DNA of 64,000 bases from Desulfobulbaceae bacterium (GTDB lineage: Bacteria; Desulfobacterota; Desulfobulbia; Desulfobulbales; Desulfobulbaceae), in NCBI GenBank assembly GCA_026990385.1, contig JALXDL010000039.1, positions 4,466 to 68,465 on the forward strand, given 5' to 3'. The position numbers were made by a program, and so were the translations under genes. Positions 27,263-37,979 of this stretch are shown piece after piece. The notes beneath the pieces were generated by a model. That model did no database searches. It was not told the origin of the DNA and saw only the letters and a list, made by a program, of their open reading frames with translations. The first letter of the stretch is position 1. Every line of letters starts with the position of its first letter.

Positions 27263-28678
27263 TCAGGCCCTCCCCTCGGCTGCAACGGTTGCGACGGCCG
27301 CGTTCTCACCCCTGCGCACCGTCATGACGATGTTGTAGATGAAGACGATGATTCCGGCCAGGTAGACCAGGCCGCCCGCGGCCCGGATCCACCAGTAGGG
27401 ATACATCTCGACCATGGTCTCCATGAAGGTGTAGGTCAGGCTGCCGTCCGGGTTCATGGCGGTCCACATCCCGGCCTGCAGGACCCCGGCGATCCAGAGC
27501 GAGATCGACCACATGAGCTGGCCCACCAGGATCAGCCAGAACTGGAGGTTGGCCAGGGGAATGGAGTAGAGTTCCCGGCCGTAGATGCGCGGCACCAGGT
27601 AGTAGATGGAGGCAAAGGCGATCATGGAGACCCAGCCCATGGTGCCCATGTGGATATGGGCCGGGATCCAGTCGGTGTAGTGGATGAAGGCGGAGAAGGT
27701 CCGGATCGCCTGCATGGGGCCCTGCAGGGTCTGCAGACCGTAGAAGGTGATGCCGACGATCAGGAACTTGACCAGGTAGTTGTCCCGCATCTGGTGCCAC
27801 TGGCCGTTCATGGAGAGGTAGCCGTTGAAGACCGAGCCCCAGGAAGGCGCGATCAGCATGACGGAAAAGGCCATGGCCAGGGTCTGGATCCAGTCCGGGA
27901 CCGGGGTCCAGAGCAGGTGATGGGCGCCGGTCCAGAGGTACATGAAGATCAGGCTCCAGAAGGAGATGATGGAAAGCCGGTGGCTGTAGATCGGCACCCG
28001 GGTCGTCTTGGGCAGAAAGTAGTAGAACATGGCCAGGGGCGGGGCGGTGAGCGCCATGGCCACGGCGTTGTGGCCGAACCACCATTCGACGTTGGCGTCA
28101 TTGGTGCCGGCATAGGCCGAGTAGGACTTGAACAGCGAGACCGGAACCTCGGCGCCGTTGACGATGTAGAGGATGGCCACGCCGATGATCGAGGCCATCA
28201 TGTACCAGAGGGAGATGTACATCCGTTCCTCTTTGCGCTTGATGATGGTCATGATCACGTTGATGGCAAAGGCCACCCAGAGGATGACCACCATGACGTC
28301 GATGGGCCACTCCATCTCGTGGTATTCCTTGCTGGTGGTGTAGCCCAGGAGCAGGGTCACGGCCGAGGCAAGGATGGTGGCGTTGAAGAACCAGAGCTGG
28401 AACCGGGCCAGTGTCGGACTCCAGAGGGGAGTGCGGCACAGCCGTTGCACGATGTAGAGGAAGGTGGCGAAGATGACCCCGACCCCCCAGCCGTAGATGC
28501 CGGCATTGGTGTGGATGGGACGCAGGCGGCCGAAGGTGAAGTAGGGTGGAAAGTTGAGTGACGGGTTGACCATCTGGAAGGAGACAACTACCCCCACCAG
28601 GACGGCGACCAGCCCCCAGACAATGCTCCAGTTGACAAAGCTTCGGACGATGTCGGTGTCATACCGGGTCTGTTGCAT
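27263..28678 (-). CDS. ccoN: cbb3-type cytochrome c oxidase subunit I
   Basis: GRLRPIHTN, KEYHEMEW, WWFGHNAV, WTGAHH and AHIHMGTMGW heme/CuB ligand motifs. Confidence 0.96.
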   Translation of the reverse strand: MQQTRYDTDIVRSFVNWSIVWGLVAVLVGVVVSFQMVNPSLNFPPYFTFGRLRPIHTNAGIYGWGVGVIFATFLYIVQRLCRTPLWSPTLARFQLWFFNATILASAVTLLLGYTTSKEYHEMEWPIDVMVVILWVAFAINVIMTIIKRKEERMYISLWYMMASIIGVAILYIVNGAEVPVSLFKSYSAYAGTNDANVEWWFGHNAVAMALTAPPLAMFYYFLPKTTRVPIYSHRLSIISFWSLIFMYLWTGAHHLLWTPVPDWIQTLAMAFSVMLIAPSWGSVFNGYLSMNGQWHQMRDNYLVKFLIVGITFYGLQTLQGPMQAIRTFSAFIHYTDWIPAHIHMGTMGWVSMIAFASIYYLVPRIYGRELYSIPLANLQFWLILVGQLMWSISLWIAGVLQAGMWTAMNPDGSLTYTFMETMVEMYPYWWIRAAGGLVYLAGIIVFIYNIVMTVRRGENAAVATVAAEGRA

Positions 28679-29255
28679 TCTTTTCCTCCTTTTGGATAAC
28701 AGTGCACGCTGTCAAGCCTTTCATACCGGTAGTGTACTACAATGTTCCTGATTATTTAATGGAATTTATTATCAGACGGGACTGGAAAGTCAATAGTTAT
28801 TATTGCCGTCTGACAGGTTTTTTTCACCTGACGGCTGTCAGCCAGGAGTTTCCAGGAGTGAGCCATGAAGGAAGGGGGTGGAGCAGGGACGGCGGGAAAA
28901 GAGTGACCAGCGCCATTTCGGTCATGCCGCCTCTCGACGGATTTCGGAACCATGATATAATGCAGTAACACAAGCCGGAACCGGGCTGATCCGGAGGCAG
29001 GGGACGGGCGTCGGAGCAGCCCTGTGCCGGCGGCGGTATCGGTCGGACTTGCTGCCGCCGTCATCCGTTCCATTCCCTTCCCCTGCCACCGCCCTGCAGT
29101 GTCAGGGTGGGATGTTTTCTGTTTTCATCGTTGGTTGTGCCTGCTGCTGCGGGCATGCCGGTTTATCCGGAAATGGCCGCCCGCGGTGTGGCACTGGCGG
29201 CGCCATTTTCATGGTTGGTCGAGGCTCGGGCCGCAACAGAACACCGGGAGACAGC

Positions 29256-30437
29256 ATGTCCAGAATCATTACCATCGCAAGCCAGAAGGGCGGGGTAGGG
29301 AAAACTACCACTGCTCTCAACCTGGGATATGGCCTGAGCAGGGTCGGGAAAAGGACCCTGGTCATCGACGGTGATCCCCAGGGGGGCCTGACCGCTGCCT
29401 GTAACCTGAAAAAGAAGACAGCAAGGGGACTGCTCCATGTTCTGGAGGAGGAGATCGACGCAGCCGGCCATCCCGCCGGATTCCTGTTCCATGAAAACCT
29501 GGCCATCCTGGGCTCAGGCGCCATTGACGCCAATGACATCTCCCGCCTGGAAGAGGCGGCAGAGCAGGGGCAACTGGTCCCTGCCATCCAGCGGCTTGCG
29601 GCCGGTTTTGAATACGTGCTTCTCGATGCGCCCGTGGGAGTGGGCCGGATAGCCAGGGCGCTTCTCTCTGCCAGCGATTTCTACCTGATTGTCATCAACT
29701 GCAAGGCCGGAACCATGAAGACCCTGCCCCGGATGATGCGGACAGCCGAGTGGGTCAGGGCAGAGGTCAAACCGGACCTGCGTTTCCTCGGTGTCCTGGT
29801 CAACATGTACGATGGTGACAGTTCCCCGGAGAAAAAGATCTATGCCTATTTTAAGGCCAGCCTGTCCCGGAATTTCTTTTTTGACACGGTCATCCCCCTT
29901 GACGACCGATTTGAACGGGCAAGTTTTCATTCCGTTCCCGTGGCCATGCTACGGCAGGGAGAAAATCCGTTCTTCCCCCATGCGTCGCTGGCCGGGGAAC
30001 TTCTTGCGAGAACCGCCGATACGGCGGCGCCCGGTGGTCCGGCGCCGGCCGGTGAAGGCGGGCCGCGCCGGGACGAGGACGATTTCTTCATGGACCGGCT
30101 GCAGGAACTGTGCGAGAAAAACGGCTACAGCAGCGCCCTGCTGGCCGACGAGATGGGGCTCTCCCTGACGTCCTGCAACTGTACCATCGACACCGATGCC
30201 CTTGCGGCCTTCACCTCGGTCCTTGCTGATTCCCTGGAAAAGGCGGAAAGCGTCCTTGACCAGGAGGACCCAAACAACATCACCCTGGAGGTCAACGAGT
30301 CCGACAGGATTATCCTCCATCGTTTCAAGGCCCTGAATTCCACCTACTTCCTGCTGCTCACCGGTCCCCGGGCCGCTGTTTTTCCCGGAACCATCGAGGA
30401 GACGGTTGCGGCGATTCGCGCCCGGCTGACCGGGTAG
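29256..30437 (+). CDS. ParA/MinD-family ATPase fused to a C-terminal roadblock/LC7-like domain
   Basis: KGGVGKTT deviant Walker A, IDGDPQG, LLDAP; GP-rich linker; then ALLADEMGLSL...AAFTSVL...ITLEV roadblock-like pattern. Confidence 0.8.
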   Translation: MSRIITIASQKGGVGKTTTALNLGYGLSRVGKRTLVIDGDPQGGLTAACNLKKKTARGLLHVLEEEIDAAGHPAGFLFHENLAILGSGAIDANDISRLEEAAEQGQLVPAIQRLAAGFEYVLLDAPVGVGRIARALLSASDFYLIVINCKAGTMKTLPRMMRTAEWVRAEVKPDLRFLGVLVNMYDGDSSPEKKIYAYFKASLSRNFFFDTVIPLDDRFERASFHSVPVAMLRQGENPFFPHASLAGELLARTADTAAPGGPAPAGEGGPRRDEDDFFMDRLQELCEKNGYSSALLADEMGLSLTSCNCTIDTDALAAFTSVLADSLEKAESVLDQEDPNNITLEVNESDRIILHRFKALNSTYFLLLTGPRAAVFPGTIEETVAAIRARLTG

Positions 30438-30463
30438 GGGCGGGTGCAACCGATTGCATGATC

Positions 30464-30599
30464 AATGACTCGTTGTTTTCACATCCTTAAGGCCGTGAAT
30501 GTGGCGCAGGCGCCCCGTACCCGTGCAGGGCCTGCCGGTTCCCGGCAGGCCCCCTGGGCGGGCCGATACGACCGTGCAGAGAAGGGGGTGTCTGCGACA
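30464..30599 (+). repeat. D + inverted C' + spacer + C element
   Basis: D (30464-30490) is 24/27 identical to 59814-59840; C copy CGACCGTGCAGAGAAGGGGGTGTCTGCGACA at 30569-30599; same architecture as 38584-38709. Confidence 0.75.
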
Positions 30600-30616
30600 G
30601 ACGAACGTGGGCGGCG

Positions 30617-31246
30617 CTACCCCTCAATGGACAGGAAATAGCAGCACATGTGGCTGTCAAGCACCTTGTCCACCACCTCCCTGTCCACGCCGCTCTCCTT
30701 GATCCATTTGTCGGCAAATCCCTTGTGGCCTGAACCGGATTTGCATCCGAGCTGGTATATCCTGATCTTTTTGCCGCCAATGGTGATTTTGTCGGCAACC
30801 GCGCTGCGCATGGGCTGATGAACGGCGCAGAAAGGACTGACCCCGGCTCCTTCACCGATGCGGTACATGTCGGTCACGCGGCTTGGCTTGTTAAACTCGC
30901 TGGTGAAATCATCATAGCCGTCAGGCAGTTTTTTGAAGACAGCGGTATAGTTGTTTATGGAGGGCCCAAAGGGGCATTTGGCAAGTCCGAAGACATGATC
31001 ACCCATGTGCCTGGATTTTCCCTCGACCATGGCCACGGGGTTTGTTGTATTCTCCATCGCCTCGAGGTACTCTTCAAAGCTCTCATAGTCGACTTCCCGC
31101 ATCCTCGCGGCGGCACCCAGGGCATTCCTGATCAGGGTCCCCTTGGCATTGGCCGCTCCACCCATGGTGATCATCACCTTGATCATGTCCAGAAAGCTGA
31201 CATGGGCGATGTCGAGGATATTGTCCTTTTTCGTGTCCTTTTTCAT
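30617..31246 (-). CDS. Hypothetical protein with spaced Cys/His motifs (V4R/MetOD1-like, tentative)
   Basis: 209 aa; KCPFG, PFCAVH, LGCKSG and HMCCY; co-oriented 9 nt downstream of the receiver-roadblock gene. Confidence 0.75.
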   Translation of the reverse strand: MKKDTKKDNILDIAHVSFLDMIKVMITMGGAANAKGTLIRNALGAAARMREVDYESFEEYLEAMENTTNPVAMVEGKSRHMGDHVFGLAKCPFGPSINNYTAVFKKLPDGYDDFTSEFNKPSRVTDMYRIGEGAGVSPFCAVHQPMRSAVADKITIGGKKIRIYQLGCKSGSGHKGFADKWIKESGVDREVVDKVLDSHMCCYFLSIEG

Positions 31247-31255
31247 CTTGTCTTT

Positions 31256-32416
31256 TTAAACTCCTGCTTTTTCTTCGATTTCCCGGACGTGCTTTTTTAT
31301 CTTCAGCCTGATCATGCCCAGGTTGGCGTCCTTGTCGGCAATGATGACCAGGAAGGCCTCGCTGCCGACCGGTGACAGCATCACGGGACCGTTTTCATAC
31401 TCGACCATGGTCATGGACATCCCGCCCTTCTGGAGCTGGTTACCCATGGCTTCGGAGGCACCGAAACCGCTTGAAGCGATGGCCCCGATCATCTCGGTAT
31501 CGACACCGGAGAGGGCAATACTTTCCAGTAAAAAGCCGTCTCGACCCACCAGGCAGGCGGTGTTGACACCGCTGATACCGGTAAACTCTGTCAGTAGTTG
31601 TTTCAGTTCGTCCATACCGTACTCCTTTGCAAAAAAATCCATGGCGGCCGGACCACCGGCCACCCCTGGCGGTCCGCCGCCGGTACCGTCCGCCGTGCCG
31701 CCATCTGCCTGGTGGCGGTCCGCCTGTTCCTGTTCATCGGCCATCATTGTCCCCTTCAGCAGGAGGACATCGACCGGGGTGTCGATTGTTGTCTCTGGCA
31801 AGGTCGGCGGGAAAAAGGCCTCGATCTGGCCGCCCTTGAAATTGATTATCCTGTAAAAAGCCTCTTCTCCTTCCAGGTCACCGCAGGTGGCATGAACGAT
31901 GCTGCCCTCGGAGAAATAGAGTGTTCCCTCTGCGCCGTCGGCCCGGATCCGCAAGGCGGTGGATGCCTGGGAGAGCCTGTTGACCTGGATGATATCGGTG
32001 AGCTGAAGTCCGCTTACCTTCCCCTCGAAAGAGGAGCCCTGGTGGAGAGCCTGGCGGATCGTGCACCTCATCTGGTTGATATCAAAAGGCTTCTCGATAA
32101 AGCACAAGCCACCGTTTTCCATGACCTCGTTCTTGCTTTCCGCAGAGGGATACGCTGTCATGACAATGACCGCGATGCCGGGGCATGCTTTCCTGGCCGC
32201 GATCAGCAGGTCGATGCCGCTGATGCCCGGCATCTTTATGTCGGTGATGATCAGGTCAACTTCTGTCTTTTGCAGGATTGCGAGCGCCTCGTTGCCGGAC
32301 GAGGCCGTGAGGATCGCGACCTGCAGGTTGTCGTTGGGCAGGTTTTTCTGGAGAGACCAGATCATGTCCTCTTCATCGTCAACAATCAGTACCTTTTTCC
32401 TGTCTGCTGTTTCCAT
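31256..32416 (-). CDS. Response regulator: REC + DUF4388/PATAN + MglB-like roadblock/LC7 domain
   Basis: VLIVDDE, IITDIKMPG, MTAY, FIEKPF (REC); LTDIIQ...GTLYFSEGSIVHA..GEEAFY..G (DUF4388); ACLVGRDGFLLE..MVEYENG..ANLGMIRL (MglB-like). Confidence 0.88.
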   Translation of the reverse strand: METADRKKVLIVDDEEDMIWSLQKNLPNDNLQVAILTASSGNEALAILQKTEVDLIITDIKMPGISGIDLLIAARKACPGIAVIVMTAYPSAESKNEVMENGGLCFIEKPFDINQMRCTIRQALHQGSSFEGKVSGLQLTDIIQVNRLSQASTALRIRADGAEGTLYFSEGSIVHATCGDLEGEEAFYRIINFKGGQIEAFFPPTLPETTIDTPVDVLLLKGTMMADEQEQADRHQADGGTADGTGGGPPGVAGGPAAMDFFAKEYGMDELKQLLTEFTGISGVNTACLVGRDGFLLESIALSGVDTEMIGAIASSGFGASEAMGNQLQKGGMSMTMVEYENGPVMLSPVGSEAFLVIIADKDANLGMIRLKIKKHVREIEEKAGV

Positions 32417-32504
32417 GGCACATTCCAGCTCAAGTCTTTTTTCCGCCCGGTCTCCCGCTTCCCCTGCCGCGCCCAGGTTCCCCTGAAGGCAGCCGGAGGT
32501 TCCT

Positions 32505-34157
32505 TCAGGCGGCGCTCTCAAACAACATGACAAAAGCAGTTCCTGCCGCCGCCCGGGTTTCAAGCGCGATGAAGGCATTGTTCTCATGCAGTATCCGCTG
32601 GACGATGGCGAGGCCGAGCCCGGTGCCGTGATGCCTGGTGGTAAAAAACGGTTCAAATGCCCGCTTTGCCACCTCCGGCGTCATGCCGCAGCCATTGTCC
32701 CGAAACGATACCGCCACGTAGCCTGTTTCCCGGGCCGGGCCCGGCATCGGCCACGCATACTGCTCTTGCAATTTCCGGCCGGCCCGGCGAGCGCTGATGT
32801 GAATCCTGCCATTGCTGCCAACCGCATCGATGGCGTTGAGCATGAGGTTCAACAGCACCTGGTGCAGCTGGCCCGGATCAACGAGGATCTCCGGCAGCCC
32901 CTGCTCGTACTCTTCGGTCAGGGCAATCCGTTGACGTTCGATCTTTCCCCTCACCAGCAGCCGCATCTCTTCCACGGCCCGCCGGAGGCATATTGTCTCC
33001 CTTTCCGCCTTTCCGGGTGTTGCATAGGTGAAGAACTCATTGAGCAGGTCGTTGAGCCGGTCGACCTGCCTGATGATTCTGCGGATATATTCCCTGTTCT
33101 CATCGTCTTTGTCGCAGTTTTCCTCAATGGCCTGCGACATCGTCTTGATCCCGGCCAGCGGATTGCGTATCTCATGGGCCACGGCCGAGGCAATCTCGGC
33201 CACTGTGCTGAGCTTGTTCATCTTTTTCATTTCCTGTCCGATCCGGACCATCTCGGTGACATCGTCAAACTGGAGGATGCGGCCGATCTGTTCACCCGAG
33301 GAGTTTTCCAGGGCCACCGTGGTGTAGCGCAGGGTACGCTCCATGCCGGCACGGTCATGGCAGCGGATCTCTTCCGGACCGGAGGCGGTCTGCCCGTTGT
33401 GACGGAGCATGGAGCGAACCAGTGGGTGGTCGGCGAAGACGGTGTTATCGGGGGGAACCGGGTTTTCTCTGTCCAGGAAACGGCCCAGGATCATCCGGCC
33501 GGAGGAGTTGAGCTTGAGTATCTTCGAATTGTGGCCACAGACCATGAGCCCACCCCTGATGGAGCGGATGATGGATTCGGTCATCTTCTGCTCGTCTGAA
33601 ATCCTGGTAATCATCAGCTCCTGTTTCCTGACCAGGCGCTGGAGGGCTGTTTCGGTCTTTTTCCTCTTGACCACGCTGGCGAGAATATTGCTGATCGCCC
33701 ACAGCATCTCTTTCTCGTCACGGCTCCGGGCATGCCCGTGGCGCAGGTACAGGGTCAGGACACCGAGCATCTCCTCGCCTGCGCAGATGGGAACGCAGTA
33801 GTGGCCGTGGGGAACCATCCTGCCGGCCCGGATGTCATGGCGGTGGTCCACGGAACCGGCATACTGCATGGTGCCGGTAAGGGCCGCCCGGCCGCAGTGG
33901 CAGGTGCCGAGGGGAATCCTGCGACAGGCCGCCGCCTGTCTGCGGTCGAATCCCCGGTGGACACAGAGGATGAGATGGTCGGAATCTTCGGCCATGAGGA
34001 GGATGGCCCCCTTGTTGACGAGGTTGAAACGGTTGTACAGCAGGACGCTGTCCAGGGCGTGCAGCAGGATCTCGTTCAACGAGACATCTTCCATGGCGAC
34101 CCTGAGGATGGAAGAGACGATCTGCTGATACATGGCTGAAAGTTCAGGTGGCCGCAT
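32505..34157 (-). CDS. Cytoplasmic GAF-PAS histidine kinase (NtrB-like)
   Basis: AHEIRNPL H-box, QVLLNLMLNA, RDNGCG and EPFFTTRHHGTGLGL; start uncertain (ORF open to 34328). Confidence 0.9.
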   Translation of the reverse strand: MRPPELSAMYQQIVSSILRVAMEDVSLNEILLHALDSVLLYNRFNLVNKGAILLMAEDSDHLILCVHRGFDRRQAAACRRIPLGTCHCGRAALTGTMQYAGSVDHRHDIRAGRMVPHGHYCVPICAGEEMLGVLTLYLRHGHARSRDEKEMLWAISNILASVVKRKKTETALQRLVRKQELMITRISDEQKMTESIIRSIRGGLMVCGHNSKILKLNSSGRMILGRFLDRENPVPPDNTVFADHPLVRSMLRHNGQTASGPEEIRCHDRAGMERTLRYTTVALENSSGEQIGRILQFDDVTEMVRIGQEMKKMNKLSTVAEIASAVAHEIRNPLAGIKTMSQAIEENCDKDDENREYIRRIIRQVDRLNDLLNEFFTYATPGKAERETICLRRAVEEMRLLVRGKIERQRIALTEEYEQGLPEILVDPGQLHQVLLNLMLNAIDAVGSNGRIHISARRAGRKLQEQYAWPMPGPARETGYVAVSFRDNGCGMTPEVAKRAFEPFFTTRHHGTGLGLAIVQRILHENNAFIALETRAAAGTAFVMLFESAA

Positions 34158-34742
34158 GTCGTGCCCATCCGTTCCGCCCGTTCTCCCGGTCCCGGCATGG
34201 TCCACCCCGGTCCGCCGTCCGTCGGCTTCACCGAAAGAATAGATGTCGCTGCGGTGTGCAGCCATCTGGCCGTAACTCGTCACGCGATGATCTCCCATCG
34301 TTTGCCCATGCTCCCGCCTCTCCTCCACGCCCTGTGGTGTGGTGGCATGACCGCGAGGTTTTCACAGGTATATTGTATCATGCAATCATGATGCGTCCAG
34401 GGCATAAATTGGTAGAATTCCGAAATTAATCAAGAGTGATTATTATTCGTTTTTCAGGTGCGATGTCGCCACAATGTGGGAGGGACGCCTTTGATGGTGC
34501 GCAGGGCCGGAAAAACAGGCGGGAAAGGCAGGTGTGTCTGCGGACGGCCGCCACTGAGCGCCGCCACTGAGCAGGGCGGGGACAGACGCAGTGAAAACGC
34601 GGGGTGGAGAGGGTCCGGCGAGAGGGGTGCGGCCGCAGGAGGCAGGGGGTGAAGGCGGGCTGCGGAGCCCCGTCCCCGGGACAGGAGGGCCCCCGGCCAG
34701 GGGTCCCGCAATACCGGCGGTCCCGGTATTGCGGGACCGGCA

Positions 34743-36440
<1,698 letters not shown>

Positions 36441-36494
36441 TGCAGTATCCCGTGATGAAAGCGGTTGTTCTTCCGGCCGCGTGCAGAATAATAA

Positions 36495-37979
36495 TTACCG
36501 CGCCTGGTAGAGGTGGTCGATGTCGCGCAGCCGGCTGATCACCCGGTCGCGGCCCAGGGCCATGAGAATATCGAACATGCCCGGCCCGGCAAGCTGCCCC
36601 GTGAGCACGGTGCGCATGCCGTTGATCAGGATGCCGGGCTTGATGTCCAGCTCGGCGGCCAGTTCCCGGGTGACCCGTTCGGTCTCCTCCTTGCTGAAGT
36701 CATCCAGCCGGGCAAAGAGATCGGCCAGCCTGGGCAGCCACTGCTTCAGCTCCGGGTGCTTGAGAATGTTCTTCTTCAGCGGCTTCTCCTCCACCGTGTA
36801 GTCGTCGGCAAAGTAGGCGCGTCCCAGGGTGGCGAAGTCCTTGATGGTGTGGAACCGGTCCCGGATCAGGTCCAGGGTCGCGAGGTACCAGTCATGCTCT
36901 TCCCCGTCCCAGGCCGGGTTCCAGATCCCCTGCTCCAGCAGGTCCTTTTTCACCAGCTCGCCCAGCTCCCCGATGTCCATGGTCCGCAGGTAGTGGGCGT
37001 TCATGGAGATCAGCTTGGGATCGGTGAAGAACTTGGGGTCGCCCTTGCGGTAGTTGAACACCGAGTTGACCTTGCTGATCCGCTCCAGGGTAAAGGCCTC
37101 GATCATCTCCTGGCGGGAGAAGATCTCCTGGTCCGTGCCGGGATTCCAGCCAAGCAGGGCCAGGAAGTTGCACAGGGCCCAGGGCAGGAATCCCCGTTCC
37201 CGGTAGAACTGGACCGACACGATCTCGCCGTGGCTGCGCTTGGAGATTTTTCGTTTTTGCAGGTCCAGGGTCAGGGGCATGTGGGCGAATACCGGCGTTT
37301 CGGCCCCCAGGGCCTCGTAGAGCAGGACCTGGCGCGTGGTGTTGGACATGTGGTCCTGGCCGCGGATGATGTGGGTGATCCGGTCACGGATGTCATCGAC
37401 CACGTTGCAGAGCAGGTAGAGGGGGCGGCCGTTGGAACGGACAATCACAAAATCCTCGATATCGTCGTAGCGCCGCTCGATCCGTCCCAGCACCTTGTCT
37501 TCATAGGCCACCACCCCGTCCCTTTCCGGCACCCGGAAGCGGATGACAGAGGGCAGTCCCTGCTCCTCCCTGGCCCGGATCTCGCTGGCCGACAGGTTGC
37601 GGCAGGTGCCGTCATAGCGGACATCCCTTTTTTCGGCCAGGGCCTGCTTGCGCTTTTGTTCCAGCTCCTTCCTGGTGCAGAAACACCGGTAGGCGTGGCC
37701 TTCGGCCAGCAGCCGCTCGGCTGCCGCCACATGCTCGTGGGCAAACTCGGTCTGGAAGTAGGGGCCCTCGTCCCAGTCCAGCCCCAGCCAGGTCAGTCCG
37801 TCGATGATCCCCTCGATGGATTCGCGGGTGGACCGCTCGGCGTCGGTGTCCTCGATGCGCAGGATCAGCTTGCCGTTGTTCTTCCGCGCCCACAGCCAGT
37901 TGAGGAGAGCGGTGCGGGCCCCGCCGATATGGAGGTAGCCGGTGGGGCTGGGAGGGAAACGGACACGGACTTCGGACAT
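36495..37979 (-). CDS. gltX: Glutamate--tRNA ligase
   Basis: RFPPSPTGYLHIGGART, RIEDTD and KISKR motifs. Confidence 0.96.
   Translation of the reverse strand: MSEVRVRFPPSPTGYLHIGGARTALLNWLWARKNNGKLILRIEDTDAERSTRESIEGIIDGLTWLGLDWDEGPYFQTEFAHEHVAAAERLLAEGHAYRCFCTRKELEQKRKQALAEKRDVRYDGTCRNLSASEIRAREEQGLPSVIRFRVPERDGVVAYEDKVLGRIERRYDDIEDFVIVRSNGRPLYLLCNVVDDIRDRITHIIRGQDHMSNTTRQVLLYEALGAETPVFAHMPLTLDLQKRKISKRSHGEIVSVQFYRERGFLPWALCNFLALLGWNPGTDQEIFSRQEMIEAFTLERISKVNSVFNYRKGDPKFFTDPKLISMNAHYLRTMDIGELGELVKKDLLEQGIWNPAWDGEEHDWYLATLDLIRDRFHTIKDFATLGRAYFADDYTVEEKPLKKNILKHPELKQWLPRLADLFARLDDFSKEETERVTRELAAELDIKPGILINGMRTVLTGQLAGPGMFDILMALGRDRVISRLRDIDHLYQAR

Noticed and set aside
28679-29255. FNR-type box or other operator upstream of ccoN
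   Set aside because: No TTGAT-N4-ATCAA was seen; only a short 8-bp inverted repeat (TCAGACGG 28772 / CCGTCTGA 28806), which is too weak to call.
34547-34572. Tandem 13-mer GCCGCCACTGAGC x2 and a G-rich stretch between glnS and the kinase
   Set aside because: It is a single local duplication with no other copies seen and no supportable function.
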